Origin: Candidatus Micrarchaeota archaeon
GTDB lineage: Archaea > Micrarchaeota > Micrarchaeia > Anstonellales > Bilamarchaeaceae
Length of the DNA: 33,561 bases
Assembly: GCA_038046805.1 (NCBI GenBank)
Contig: JBBSVO010000002.1
Location: 80,784 to 114,344 of the forward strand
Reading direction: 5' to 3'
Within the stretch, counting starts at the first letter, position 1, and each line of letters starts with the position of its first letter. Of the stretch, positions 8,472 to 18,607 are shown in pieces. The notes under the pieces are model-generated. The model made no database searches, was not told the DNA's origin, and saw only the letters and a list, made by a program, of their open reading frames with translations. A program made the translations under genes and the position numbers.

Positions 8472-11444
8472 TTATTTCTTCCTGACCGAAATCTTCACCC
8501 TTCTCCCATCAACTTCAAACTCCTTCACTTTTTCATCTTTTATGGCTGCTGGCTTATGGCTGCTGGCTTCTAGCGTTATCTCGCTCGCATTAACTTCCTT
8601 AGCAAGTCCATCCTTTAGCTTTTCAAGGATTCCTTCAAGTTCCTTCTCCGCGGAAATACTAACTTCTATTTTATCCTTTTCAACAAGCGCAAGATCTTTT
8701 CTCAGGCTTTGGATTCTTCTCTTTATCTCATTACCCATTGCCTCTTCGTAAAGTTCCTCGTCTATTTCGGTTGTTATATGAATATTTCCGAATGAAAACG
8801 GGGCCGAGGCAATCTTCTTATTCGGAGCGGATTCCACCACCATTACTTCCTTTGAGTTTGCTACTCCGGAGATAACGTCTTCCATTGCCTTTACTGCATC
8901 AGTGCATTCATGAGATTTGGTTTCAATATAAACCGTTCGCACAGGCCAGCGCACCTTTATGTTCGCAGTCTGTCTTATCGTGAGCGCAATGGAGCATATT
9001 TCCTTTGCTGTTTCCATCTGCTTTTCGAGCATTACGTTTATTCCGCCGTCGCTTTCTTTTGGCATTCCGGAAAGTGAAATCGAATCCTCGTCTTCATATT
9101 TTGCAAAAAAGTTCTGGTAGAAATATTCACTTACAAATGGGGCAAATGGCGCAAGCATTCTGACTGCAGAATAAGTTGCATTATAAAGTGCGTTAAGCGC
9201 GCCTTCTGCATCCTCCCCTCCAGCAATTCTTTCTTTTGCAACTTTCATATACCATCTGCTAATATCCTCGACTACAAACGCGCGGACTGCCTTTATCGCT
9301 CTGTTGAGTTCATACTCCTGCATGTGCTCGTGGTATTCCTTAAGCACGGAATTGGTGCGGGAAACAAGCCATGCATCATCTGCGGAGGTTTTTCTCTTTT
9401 CGTTGCCGCTCTTTGTATCTCCATTTTTTATTTTCTTTTTCTGTTGGAAATTATCAAATTTCCAATCAGAACAAAATCGTAAGATTTTGTTCTTCGGATA
9501 AAATCTTCCAAGGAAAACATAAAGATTAAAGAGAATGTTCAAATCCGCGCTTGCCTCTTTCATTTCAGTCCAGTTGAACCGTAATTCTTCCCAGATCGTA
9601 CTGCTTAAACCCCATATCCTGAAGCTGTCTGCGCCATATTTCTCAAGTATTTCCTCAAGCGGGACAAAATTTCCAAGCGACTTGCTCATTTTCTCGCCTT
9701 TTTCATCCACAAAGAAGCCATGCATTAGCAATCGTTTATATGGGCAGGCGTTATATCGCACTATTCCTGATCCAAGAAGGGAATAAAACCATCCTCGTAT
9801 CTGGTCCTGGCCCTCTATGATAATGTCTGTTCTTTCGCTATATCTTTCCACATCTTCTTCGGAAAGAGTTGCCCATACTGCGTTGCCGGAATCAAACCAG
9901 ACATCGAGCACGTCTGGCACGCGTTTCATTTCATTGCCGCATTCGCACTTAAGAACTACTTCATCTATATGCGGTCGGTGGAGATCCTTGAGCTTTTTTG
10001 GCAGTTCGTCACGCGATCCAACGACCTTTATTTTTCCGCATTTTTCGCTTTCGCATCTCCATATAGGAAGCGGAATCCCCCAGTATCTTTGCCTTGAAAT
10101 GCACCAGTCCGGAGCTCCGGAAACAAATTCGCTGAATCTTTCCTTTACGAAATCAGGATGCCATTCCACATTGTTTATTTCCTCCATCATCCGGTCCTTT
10201 ACCTTTGAAATCGTGATAAACCATTGTTTGGTTGTCCTGAAAATCAGTGGGGTCTTGCATCTCCAGCAATGAGGGTACCTGTGTTTTATGCGGGATTCTT
10301 TTATCAGAGCTCCGCGTTCCTTTAGTTCCTTGATAATAAGCGGATTTGTCTCGCGTACATTCTTTCCAGAATATTTCCCTGCCTCATAAGTATAACAACC
10401 TCGCTCATCAACTGGAGAAAATGCCTCTATGTCGTAACGCTTTGCTATTATGAAATCTTCTGGCCCGTGTCCTGGTCCGCAGTGAACAAGTCCGGTTCCT
10501 TCCTCGAGCGTTACGTATTCGTCGCTTAACACGACCCTGCGTTCATACTGCTTACTAATCGAGTCCTGGAACGGGTGTTCGTATTTCTTTCCCTCCAGTT
10601 TTTTCCCGCTTGTTTCCTCAAGCACAGTGCCGCTTTTTTCTGAAACCTCTAGCACATGTTCTAGCCTGTCCTTTGCAACATACCATATTTCATCATCAAC
10701 TTTTGCTTTCACATACGGAAGCGTTGGATGAACCATTACAGCCATGTTTCCTACAAGCGTCCATGGAGTCGTTGTCCAGATGATAAGGTATTCGTTACTA
10801 CCTGTGTCATTGCCTTTCAATTTGAATTTCACATAAATGCTCGGGTCGGTTTCCTCTCCATATTCCAGTTCATAATTTGCCATTGTTGTTTCGCATCTGT
10901 AGCAATATGGAAGAACGTAAATCCCCTCATACATGAGTCCCTTTTCCCATGCAAGCTTAAGCGTTTTCCAGGAGGAATTTATATAATCATCCTTATAGGT
11001 GATATAGGGATTATCAAAATCCAGCCACACGCCCAAACTTCTGAACTGCCCGCTCATAACTCCGATATATTTTGTGGCAAATCCCTTGCATTTTTCTATG
11101 AATTTGTCTATTCCGTATTTTTCAATATCCTGTTTGTTTTTTATGCCGAGTTCCTGCTCTACTTTCACTTCGATTGGCAGTCCATGAGTATCAAATCCTG
11201 CCTGTGCGCGGACGTCCCTTCCCATCATACGCCAGTAGCGGCAAACAGAATCCTTTATTGTTTTATTCCAGCCGGTTCCTGGGTGTATTTGGCCCGTAGC
11301 ATAAGGCGGTCCATCGCAAAAATAAAATGGTTCTCCCCCTTTTTTTTCTTTGCTTCCACGGTTTTTGGCAACAGCCTTTTCCTGGATTTTTTTCTTTTCC
11401 CAAAATTCCGAGATTTCCTTTTCTATGTTCTTGTGATCATACAT
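8472..11444 (-). CDS. ileS: Isoleucyl-tRNA synthetase (archaeal/eukaryote-like type)
   Basis: DGPPYATGQIHPGT (HIGH-like), GFDTHGLPIE, WTTTPWTL, GTGLVH, DWCISRQRYWGIP, EGQDQIRGWF, KMSKS. Confidence 0.96.
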   Translation of the reverse strand: MYDHKNIEKEISEFWEKKKIQEKAVAKNRGSKEKKGGEPFYFCDGPPYATGQIHPGTGWNKTIKDSVCRYWRMMGRDVRAQAGFDTHGLPIEVKVEQELGIKNKQDIEKYGIDKFIEKCKGFATKYIGVMSGQFRSLGVWLDFDNPYITYKDDYINSSWKTLKLAWEKGLMYEGIYVLPYCYRCETTMANYELEYGEETDPSIYVKFKLKGNDTGSNEYLIIWTTTPWTLVGNMAVMVHPTLPYVKAKVDDEIWYVAKDRLEHVLEVSEKSGTVLEETSGKKLEGKKYEHPFQDSISKQYERRVVLSDEYVTLEEGTGLVHCGPGHGPEDFIIAKRYDIEAFSPVDERGCYTYEAGKYSGKNVRETNPLIIKELKERGALIKESRIKHRYPHCWRCKTPLIFRTTKQWFITISKVKDRMMEEINNVEWHPDFVKERFSEFVSGAPDWCISRQRYWGIPLPIWRCESEKCGKIKVVGSRDELPKKLKDLHRPHIDEVVLKCECGNEMKRVPDVLDVWFDSGNAVWATLSEEDVERYSERTDIIIEGQDQIRGWFYSLLGSGIVRYNACPYKRLLMHGFFVDEKGEKMSKSLGNFVPLEEILEKYGADSFRIWGLSSTIWEELRFNWTEMKEASADLNILFNLYVFLGRFYPKNKILRFCSDWKFDNFQQKKKIKNGDTKSGNEKRKTSADDAWLVSRTNSVLKEYHEHMQEYELNRAIKAVRAFVVEDISRWYMKVAKERIAGGEDAEGALNALYNATYSAVRMLAPFAPFVSEYFYQNFFAKYEDEDSISLSGMPKESDGGINVMLEKQMETAKEICSIALTIRQTANIKVRWPVRTVYIETKSHECTDAVKAMEDVISGVANSKEVMVVESAPNKKIASAPFSFGNIHITTEIDEELYEEAMGNEIKRRIQSLRKDLALVEKDKIEVSISAEKELEGILEKLKDGLAKEVNASEITLEASSHKPAAIKDEKVKEFEVDGRRVKISVRKK

Positions 11445-11492
11445 AAATATCGTCTCCAGTTTTTAGTTCTGCGGCTCGACTCTTGCACACGT

Positions 11493-11828
11493 TCAATTCT
11501 TTACGAATATTTTCTCTCTTATGAATGAAAGAAGAGGAGAAATCCCAACCATAAGCGCGAACATGGACACCGGAGTTTGCGCGGTTCCCAATCCGGCCCC
11601 GTTTTGTAATGTGATTGCGATTACGAATCCCGCAATTGCACCAACCAATGCATGGAAGGGTTTTACATTTGTATAACTAACTATTGCAAAACCTATCATT
11701 GCGCCTGCGAATAGAAATGGCGCGTGTTTGATTGTTGTTCCAAACACCCCTAAAAAGCTAAGTCCCAGAATTATGAGTGCGGACAGAAGTGCTGTGAATA
11801 TAAATGTCTTGAATTTGTCGTCAGCCAT
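11493..11828 (-). CDS. Small multi-pass membrane protein
   Basis: About four hydrophobic segments; co-oriented between the KaiC-like gene and ileS. Confidence 0.65.
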   Translation of the reverse strand: MADDKFKTFIFTALLSALIILGLSFLGVFGTTIKHAPFLFAGAMIGFAIVSYTNVKPFHALVGAIAGFVIAITLQNGAGLGTAQTPVSMFALMVGISPLLSFIREKIFVKN

Positions 11829-11851
11829 ATTAACTACCAAAACAGAACCTC

Positions 11852-12553
11852 TTAGAATACCTTCTCTCCTACATAAACCTTTATTCCGTTCGGGAGAACC
11901 TTGAACGGAACAAGCTCTCGTGAGTGGTCAGTTCCTCTCATCTTGAATATTTCAAGTGCCCGGATTCTTTTATCTCCTCTATCCAGATTATACAGGTTAA
12001 TTATTCCGTCCATAACAAAATGTTCTATATCAAATGTAACCGATTCGCGCTGCGGGCTTGTAGCCTCCAAAGTCGTTATCGTAGTGCAGTCCAGATTGCG
12101 AAGCAGGGAAAGAAACTCAAAAAGCGTCTGGCGGTATTCGATTTCCTTTGCCATTGAAAGACGAATCATCGTCGCAGAATCAATTACTGCTCTCCTGACC
12201 TCGTGCTTTGTAATCTCATCTTCAATCGTTTCTGCAATTCCTTCCATATCCAGCTTATCCGGTTTTATGATCTTGATGCTCTTTGCCTTTATCAGTGCAT
12301 CAACATCTGCAAACATCGGAAAAGTGTTTTTCATGTTTGAAATAATATCCTCTTCGGTTTCTTCAAGTGAAATATAAACCCCATTCTCACCTGCCTGCGC
12401 TCCCCTGTAGATGAATTCAAATCCAAAAGAAGTTTTACCACACCCGGGTCCTCCTGAAAGTGCAACGTGTCTTCTTGCAGGGATTCCTCCACCTAACATC
12501 TCGTCCAATCCAGAAATACCAGTTTTTACGCGGTCCATGTTTTGATATTTCAT
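11852..12553 (-). CDS. Single-domain KaiC/RAD55-like RecA-family ATPase
   Basis: RVKTGISGLDEMLGGGIP, Walker A GGPGCGKT, YISLEE, AVIDS, IFKMRGTDH. Confidence 0.9.
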   Translation of the reverse strand: MKYQNMDRVKTGISGLDEMLGGGIPARRHVALSGGPGCGKTSFGFEFIYRGAQAGENGVYISLEETEEDIISNMKNTFPMFADVDALIKAKSIKIIKPDKLDMEGIAETIEDEITKHEVRRAVIDSATMIRLSMAKEIEYRQTLFEFLSLLRNLDCTTITTLEATSPQRESVTFDIEHFVMDGIINLYNLDRGDKRIRALEIFKMRGTDHSRELVPFKVLPNGIKVYVGEKVF

Positions 12554-12630
12554 GATAAAGCTTATTAATATAGCCGTGCAGATTAAACTGGCTAATCAAG
12601 TATTTTGGATTTTGTTTTCTGGTGTATCCT

Positions 12631-13602
12631 ATGTCACACGTTAAATCAGATGATTTACTTCCCTGGACCGAAAAATATCGTCCGCGTACTCTTTCAGAAG
12701 TCGCGGGCCAGGCAGAAATCGTCAAAAGCCTTTCCGCGTTTGTTTCCGAGTGCAACATGCCAAATCTTCTTTTTTCCGGTCCGCCCGGAGTCGGAAAAAC
12801 GACTTCCTCGCTTGCACTTGCAAAGGATCTTTTTGGAAAGGAATACCTAAGCAATTTTCTTGAGTTGAATGCATCCGATGACCGGGGGATTGATGTTGTC
12901 CGGGGAAGAATAAAAGATTTCGCAAGAAGCGTTTCAATAGGAGAAGTTCCATTCAAACTAATCTTTTTAGACGAGGCCGATGCGCTCACTTCAGATGCGC
13001 AGCACGCGTTAAGGCGAACGATGGAATCAAATTCCCGCGTTACGCGTTTCATTCTCAGCTGCAACTACTCCTCAAAAATAATTGAGCCTCTTCAGAGCAG
13101 GTGCGCAGTGTTTCGTTTTGTCCAGCTTAACCAGGACGAAGTCTCGAAAATGCTTGATAAAGTTGCAAAAGCTGAGAGTATATCTCTTGAAAAAGGAGCC
13201 GCGGAAGCAATTTTCTATGTTTCAGAAGGAGACCTGCGCAGGGCAATAAACTGTTTGCAGGGTTGTGCGCTCCATTCAAAAAAGATAACTGCTGATCTTG
13301 TCCATAAAACAAGCAGCAGGGCAAAGCCAAAGGAAGTCGTGGAAATGATGGAACTTGCGCTGAAGGGAGATTTCCAAAAATCACGTGAATCCCTGAACAA
13401 GCTTATGATAAGCTATGGGCTTGGCGGAGATGATATTCTGATGCAGATGTATCGTGAAGTTTCTGGCCTGTCTATTCCCGAAGATAAAAAGATGGCACTT
13501 ATTGGTCACATCGGTGAATTTAATTTCAGAATGGTTGAAGGTGCGAACGAACGCATACAGCTTGAGGCGCTTCTTGCGCAGATGGTTCTGTTGATAAAAT
13601 GA
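12631..13602 (+). CDS. rfcS: Replication factor C small subunit
   Basis: PWTEKYRP, GPPGVGKT, LELNASDDRGIDVVR, DEAD, SRC motif; no intein. Confidence 0.96.
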   Translation: MSHVKSDDLLPWTEKYRPRTLSEVAGQAEIVKSLSAFVSECNMPNLLFSGPPGVGKTTSSLALAKDLFGKEYLSNFLELNASDDRGIDVVRGRIKDFARSVSIGEVPFKLIFLDEADALTSDAQHALRRTMESNSRVTRFILSCNYSSKIIEPLQSRCAVFRFVQLNQDEVSKMLDKVAKAESISLEKGAAEAIFYVSEGDLRRAINCLQGCALHSKKITADLVHKTSSRAKPKEVVEMMELALKGDFQKSRESLNKLMISYGLGGDDILMQMYREVSGLSIPEDKKMALIGHIGEFNFRMVEGANERIQLEALLAQMVLLIK

Positions 13603-13657
13603 GGTTTTTATAAAATGAAGTTTTAATGAGAAATACGGTTTTGACGAGGGTTTTATT

Positions 13658-14761
13658 ATGTGTGGTATGAGTTTTAAACTTCAGGAAGCTCCGAAGGTTC
13701 ATGAGCCTGTTAAGGCAAAATTTCCGGTTGATGCAAAGATCTTAACGCGGGACTCAAAACGCGAAACAGTATATGATATCATAGTGCTTGGTGGCGGTCC
13801 GGCTGCGCTCAATGCTGCGATTTACGGGACCCGTGCCGGGCTTAGTGTGCTCGTACTTGAAAAGCTTCCGGCGGCAGGCGGTTTTGTGGTGAATACCGCG
13901 CTTGTTGAAAACTGGCTTGGTGTTGAGTCTATGTCTGGTTTTGATCTTGCCGCGAAAATGGCATCGCATGCTGCGAAATTCGGTGCGGAAATAAAAACAA
14001 TGACAGAAGTTGTTGGAGCGGACCTTTCCGGGAAAATAAAAAAAGTGAAAACCGCGGACGGATCGGAATATTTTGGCCTTACTATTATAATAGCATCCGG
14101 CACAGGGCATGCAAAACTCGGAGTTCCGGGCGAAAAGGAATTTTTCAGCAAGGGAATAAGCTACTGCGCACCATGCGATGGAATGTTTTTCAAAGGAAAA
14201 AAGATTGCAGTAATCGGAGGTGGGAATTCCGCATTCAGTGAGGCAATTTTCCTTTCAAGAATTGCAAACGAAGTTGTGATCATCCACAGGCGCAGCGAGT
14301 TCAGAGCCGAACAGGCGCTCGTGGATGCGGCAAAAAAAATCAGCAATATTTCATATATTCTTAATTCAACCGTTAGCGAGTTCAGGGCAGATGAAAGCGG
14401 AAAAAAACTTGGAGCCGTTGTAGTAAAAAACACAAAAGCGCAAAACGCCAAGCCAGTGCCAATCCCGGTTGAAGGCGCATTCATTTACGTTGGCCTTGTT
14501 CCGAACACGAAAATGCTCGAAGGCGGGGCAAATTCCCAGGATGTCCGTGTCGATGAAAAGGGATTCATTGTTACTGACGAAAAGATGCGCACAAATATTC
14601 GCGGAGTGTTTGCCGCAGGTGATATTCGTGCAACCCCGTTGAGGCAGATTGTAACTGCTGCATCGGATGGTGCGATTGCCGCGATTTCAGCGCAGGAATT
14701 TATTTCAGAATCCGGTGTAAGGGAGCATCTTTCGGAAATAAAGCTGATAAAACCGAACTGA
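13658..14761 (+). CDS. trxB: Thioredoxin-disulfide reductase
   Basis: GGGPAA FAD motif, GISYCAPCDG, GGGNSA, HRR, GVFAAGD. Confidence 0.92.
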   Translation: MCGMSFKLQEAPKVHEPVKAKFPVDAKILTRDSKRETVYDIIVLGGGPAALNAAIYGTRAGLSVLVLEKLPAAGGFVVNTALVENWLGVESMSGFDLAAKMASHAAKFGAEIKTMTEVVGADLSGKIKKVKTADGSEYFGLTIIIASGTGHAKLGVPGEKEFFSKGISYCAPCDGMFFKGKKIAVIGGGNSAFSEAIFLSRIANEVVIIHRRSEFRAEQALVDAAKKISNISYILNSTVSEFRADESGKKLGAVVVKNTKAQNAKPVPIPVEGAFIYVGLVPNTKMLEGGANSQDVRVDEKGFIVTDEKMRTNIRGVFAAGDIRATPLRQIVTAASDGAIAAISAQEFISESGVREHLSEIKLIKPN

Positions 14762-14870
14762 TGAAATCAAAGTTGAAATCCGATTTATGAAACTAGATTG
14801 ATAAAAAAGGATTGATGAAACTGGATTATAAAATCAGATTAATGAAACCAGATTTATGAAATAAAATTAT
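14745..14870. repeat. Degenerate ~13-15 bp tandem repeat (consensus about TGATGAAACYAGAT), about 9 units
   Basis: TGATAAAACCGAAC TGATGAAATCAAAGT TGAAATCCGATT TATGAAACTAGAT TGATAAAAAAGGAT TGATGAAACTGGAT TATAAAATCAGAT TAATGAAACCAGAT TTATGAAATAAAAT. Confidence 0.7.
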
Positions 14871-14902
14871 TTGAATATATTTGAGCATTATTGGTGAAAC
14901 AT

Positions 14903-16420
14903 ATGTCTTCAATAAAATCATCCCAGGTCTCCCGTTGTATGAGCACCCAGCATCCGGATAATATTTCCTCCCCGTTTTTCGCGGATGGTGAGGTAATCCA
15001 GTCTGACGCAGAAGTAAAAGAGGCATTCTACGTTTTCTCGCAGCTTGGATGCAAGGAGCAGATGTGGGACAGTGAAGGAAAGGAAGCAGATAATCAGGTT
15101 GTTGAGAAGCTTCTTTCACGCTACACAGAATTTTTCAGTAAAAATCTTATTGGCAGGGACTTATTTCTCACGTATCGGGTTCCAAATCCTGCGATCCAGA
15201 AAGAACAGGGAAAAATTCTCCTGGAAACATTACACAGCATTCCACGTGCATTCGATGTTGCGCAATCGGTGAACAATGGCATTGCTCCGATTTTTGAAAT
15301 AATCCTTCCGATGACCACTTCCGCGGAAGAACTAGAAAGGATTCGCGACTATTATTCAAAAGTAATGGTTGGTCAAAGAGATACAATTATAGGAAAACTG
15401 GGAAAATCCGGCGTCGGCTCTGGCGGAATCTCGGTAAAAGACTGGATAGGTGACTTCAAGCCTGACGAAATAAATGTTATCCCGCTTTTCGAAACAAGTG
15501 AGGCTCTTTTGGGTTGTGCGGATATTGTTGAAGAATATCTGCATGGAAAGGAAAAGAAATTAGAATATCAACGCGTATTTTTGGCAAGAAGCGATCCTGC
15601 GCTCAATTACGGCGCAGCAGCTGCGGTTCTCATGGCAAAATGCGCCTTATTCGATCTTCAGGAATTGGAAGGGCGTATTAATGTCGAGCTTCTTCCGATT
15701 CTTGGTGTTGGTGGTGCGCCGTTCAGGGGAAATTTCAGGCCAGACAACGTAAGCAATTGCGGGGATGAATACCCCAGCGTGCAAACATTCACCGCGCAAT
15801 CTTCTTTCAAATATGATCACCACCCAAGAGATGTCATAAATGCAGTCGATATCCTCAATCATTCAAAACGATCCGAAGCGCTTTCCATTGATCGCAGTGC
15901 CTCGCTTGGTTATATTGAAAAGATGAAATCACACTACCAAAAGGAAATATCTCACCTTGCGGACATAATCAATGCAATCGCAAGCCATATTCCCGCGAGG
16001 AGGAGCCGCAAACTTCACATTGGTTTGTTTGGCTACTCCCGTTCGCTAAAGGGAATGCGCCTTCCACGTGCAATCAATTTCTGTGCTGCGCTTTACTCTG
16101 TTGGTCTTCCACCGGAATTTCTTGGGCTTGGCGGGCTGACTGAAAAGGAATTGGACGGCCTTCGCGAAATTTATGTGAAATTAGACGAAGATTTGCGTGA
16201 TGCAGGAAAATTTTTCAGCAGAAAGGCGTTTAATGAGTTGCCACACGAAATCCAAAAATCTGTTGCCCCTGTAATTGATAGTATACTCGAAGATTGCGAA
16301 ACAGATCCGGATTATGAAGCCCTTGCCTATCGCACTATTATTAATATTAAGGGAGGTCACACAGTCACGCTCACAGAAGATGTCAAGAGAATGGCATGGA
16401 TGAGGAAATTTTTGGGATAA
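14903..16420 (+). CDS. ppcA: Archaeal-type phosphoenolpyruvate carboxylase
   Basis: MSTQHPDN, EQMWDSEGK, FLTYRVPNP, VFLARSDPALNYG, PFRG, HIGLFGYSR, LPRAINF; ATG 14903 follows GGTGA. Confidence 0.95.
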   Translation: MSSIKSSQVSRCMSTQHPDNISSPFFADGEVIQSDAEVKEAFYVFSQLGCKEQMWDSEGKEADNQVVEKLLSRYTEFFSKNLIGRDLFLTYRVPNPAIQKEQGKILLETLHSIPRAFDVAQSVNNGIAPIFEIILPMTTSAEELERIRDYYSKVMVGQRDTIIGKLGKSGVGSGGISVKDWIGDFKPDEINVIPLFETSEALLGCADIVEEYLHGKEKKLEYQRVFLARSDPALNYGAAAAVLMAKCALFDLQELEGRINVELLPILGVGGAPFRGNFRPDNVSNCGDEYPSVQTFTAQSSFKYDHHPRDVINAVDILNHSKRSEALSIDRSASLGYIEKMKSHYQKEISHLADIINAIASHIPARRSRKLHIGLFGYSRSLKGMRLPRAINFCAALYSVGLPPEFLGLGGLTEKELDGLREIYVKLDEDLRDAGKFFSRKAFNELPHEIQKSVAPVIDSILEDCETDPDYEALAYRTIINIKGGHTVTLTEDVKRMAWMRKFLG

Positions 16421-16447
16421 TCAAGCGACCATTGTGTAGTGATTCTT

Positions 16448-17620
16448 ATGGCTGACATAAAATGGACCAAAGAGGAAGTGCTAGAACTGCACCGCAAGCT
16501 TCGGGGAAAAGTTGGAATCGAAGGGAAATCTCCTATAAATTCCGTAAAGGACCTGAGCCTTCTTTATACCCCGGGGGTAGCGGATGCATGCAGGGAAATT
16601 GCGGCTAACAAGGAGCTTGCGTACGAATATACAATGAAATCCAATTCTGTTGCGATTGTTACGGACGGCACACGGGTACTTGGGCTCGGCAACATTGGTC
16701 CCGAGGCCGCGCTTCCGGTCATGGAAGGAAAAGCACTGATTATGAAACAGTTTGGAAACATTGATGCGTTTCCGATTTGTCTGCGGACAACAGATCCGGA
16801 TAAAATAGTTGAAGCTGTTCGCCACATTGAACCTGTTTTCGGGGCAATAAATCTGGAGGATATAGAAACACCGAAGGTTTTTGACATTGAGGAGAGGCTT
16901 ACCGAAGGCGCAGAGGCTCTAGGCATCCCGGTTTTCCACGATGATCAGCACGGAACAGCAATCGTTGTTCTTGCCGCACTCATAAACGCGTTGAAGGTTG
17001 TTGGAAAAAGCAAGGAAAATATTCGCGTTGCAGTGGTTGGCGCAGGTTCTGCAGGTCACGGAATCGCGAAACTTCTAATTGCATACGGGGTTCGCGACCT
17101 AGTTGTTTTTGACAGCAAAGGCGCGCTCACGAATCTGCGCACAGACCTAGACCTCCGAAAAATGGAACTTGCCAATATAACTAATGAAAGCGGATTTAAT
17201 GATTCAATCGGCAAATTCACTGGCGCAGACGTATTAATCGCGGCGTCAAAAACCGGTTCAGTTCCGCACGAGACGTTGCGAGGAATGAAAGACGACAATT
17301 GCAGGATCATTTTTTCATTGTCCAATCCAAATCCCGAAATCCCCCCGGAAGTTGCACAAAGTTTCGGAGTGAGAATTTACGCAACCGGAAGAAGTGATCT
17401 TCCGAATCAGGTGAATAATTCTCTATGCTTCCCGGGTTTTCTTCGTGCGCTTCTCGATCTGCGCGTGAGAAAGATAACCAACAAGATGAAAATTGCTGCA
17501 GCAGAAGCAATCGCAGGATGCGTTGCAGAAGAGGAATTACGGGAAACAAAAATTGTTCCTGAGATTTTTGATACGAATATTGTTCCGGCGATAAAGGAAA
17601 AGGTTGCGGGTAGTCTGTAG
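16448..17620 (+). CDS. NAD(P)-dependent malic enzyme (short prokaryotic type)
   Basis: YTPGVA, VTDGTRVLGLGNIG, VMEGKA, INLEDI, FHDDQHGTA, GAGSAG, SLSNPNPEI, ATGRSDLPNQVNN. Confidence 0.93.
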   Translation: MADIKWTKEEVLELHRKLRGKVGIEGKSPINSVKDLSLLYTPGVADACREIAANKELAYEYTMKSNSVAIVTDGTRVLGLGNIGPEAALPVMEGKALIMKQFGNIDAFPICLRTTDPDKIVEAVRHIEPVFGAINLEDIETPKVFDIEERLTEGAEALGIPVFHDDQHGTAIVVLAALINALKVVGKSKENIRVAVVGAGSAGHGIAKLLIAYGVRDLVVFDSKGALTNLRTDLDLRKMELANITNESGFNDSIGKFTGADVLIAASKTGSVPHETLRGMKDDNCRIIFSLSNPNPEIPPEVAQSFGVRIYATGRSDLPNQVNNSLCFPGFLRALLDLRVRKITNKMKIAAAEAIAGCVAEEELRETKIVPEIFDTNIVPAIKEKVAGSL

Positions 17621-17664
17621 CTAAATGCTTTTTATATATTACCATATTAATCACATTGATCTCC

Positions 17665-18462
17665 ATGTTGAACTCAATAAACCGCGCTATTGGAACGTAT
17701 ATGAAAAGACCGCTTTTTTTCATGAAATCCGCATTTCTTTTCGCATTTTTTTATTTGATGGCTTTATTGGCAGTTGTCGGATTGTTTCTGATATTCTTTT
17801 TTGCAATGACCGTGCTTGGAATGACAAAGGATATCATTCCGTTCGTAGTTGCAGGTGCAATTTTGTTTCTAATCTTTCTTTACCTTACAAGTGCGTTCAA
17901 GGGTGCATTATTCCGCGCATTTTATCTATCCGCGAACGGTCAGAAGATGGGCATCAGGGATTTTTGCAGCTATGCGCTCGGAAACGGTTCAACATTCTTC
18001 GGAGTTTTTATTATTTCAATCCTGTTTGTTGCGCTTCTCAACGCTCCGATTGCGGCGCTTTATTGGTTTTATCTTAAGGACAATATGTTCCAGTACGGAG
18101 AGATAATCCTCGCGGTGATTGCACTGGGCCTGACATTCATTGCCGAATTCTTTGCAGTTCCGGCGATGATGGGCGCGGCAATTTACGGAACTGGCGTCGG
18201 ACGCGCGTTTAGCTTTGCAGGAACATTTGCAAAGAGAACTCACATAATGGGTTTGGTTTTCTTCGCAATCTACTCGTTTGTATGGCTCACCAGCTATCCG
18301 GGCCTGATATATGCGGCAACGCTTGTTCCTTCGGCGTTTCTCATATTATTCCTATTCCTTTTCCTAGTTCATTTAGTGGCGATGTTCATTACGTATCCAA
18401 TAGTAGCAACGGCGTTTATGTTATATGTTGAAAAGAAAGTAGCGATGAAAGGGAAAAATTAA
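17665..18462 (+). CDS. Polytopic membrane protein of unknown function
   Basis: Six or more hydrophobic segments, basic C-terminal tail. Confidence 0.7.
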   Translation: MLNSINRAIGTYMKRPLFFMKSAFLFAFFYLMALLAVVGLFLIFFFAMTVLGMTKDIIPFVVAGAILFLIFLYLTSAFKGALFRAFYLSANGQKMGIRDFCSYALGNGSTFFGVFIISILFVALLNAPIAALYWFYLKDNMFQYGEIILAVIALGLTFIAEFFAVPAMMGAAIYGTGVGRAFSFAGTFAKRTHIMGLVFFAIYSFVWLTSYPGLIYAATLVPSAFLILFLFLFLVHLVAMFITYPIVATAFMLYVEKKVAMKGKN

Positions 18463-18607
18463 ACCAATTTAGTACGGTTGAAGTGGGCAAAATGAACGAA
18501 CTTGCTAACAAAACTGGTTTTTACCTCGGAGAGAACTCCGCGGGCATTAGAAACCTTTTTAAATATTATCATTTTAATCTGAACAGAAAAGTTTCTGATA
18601 ATGGGGT

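Noticed and set aside
10728..11528. 266-aa plus-strand ORF and other long antisense ORFs (e.g. 12435-13064, 26509-27162)
   Set aside because: They overlap well-supported genes on the opposite strand and have no recognisable motifs.
11852..12553. Circadian clock kaiC
   Set aside because: Single domain only and no kaiA/kaiB; such ATPases are common in archaea.
12631..13602. Intein in the RFC small subunit
   Set aside because: Length is that of an intein-free protein and the motifs are contiguous.
14745..14870. Possible CRISPR array
   Set aside because: Units are short, degenerate and contiguous with no spacers; no cas genes in the window.
1467..17620. Autotrophic Calvin cycle or true C4 carbon-concentrating pathway
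   Set aside because: No phosphoribulokinase, small subunit or malate dehydrogenase in the window, and the genes are not one operon.
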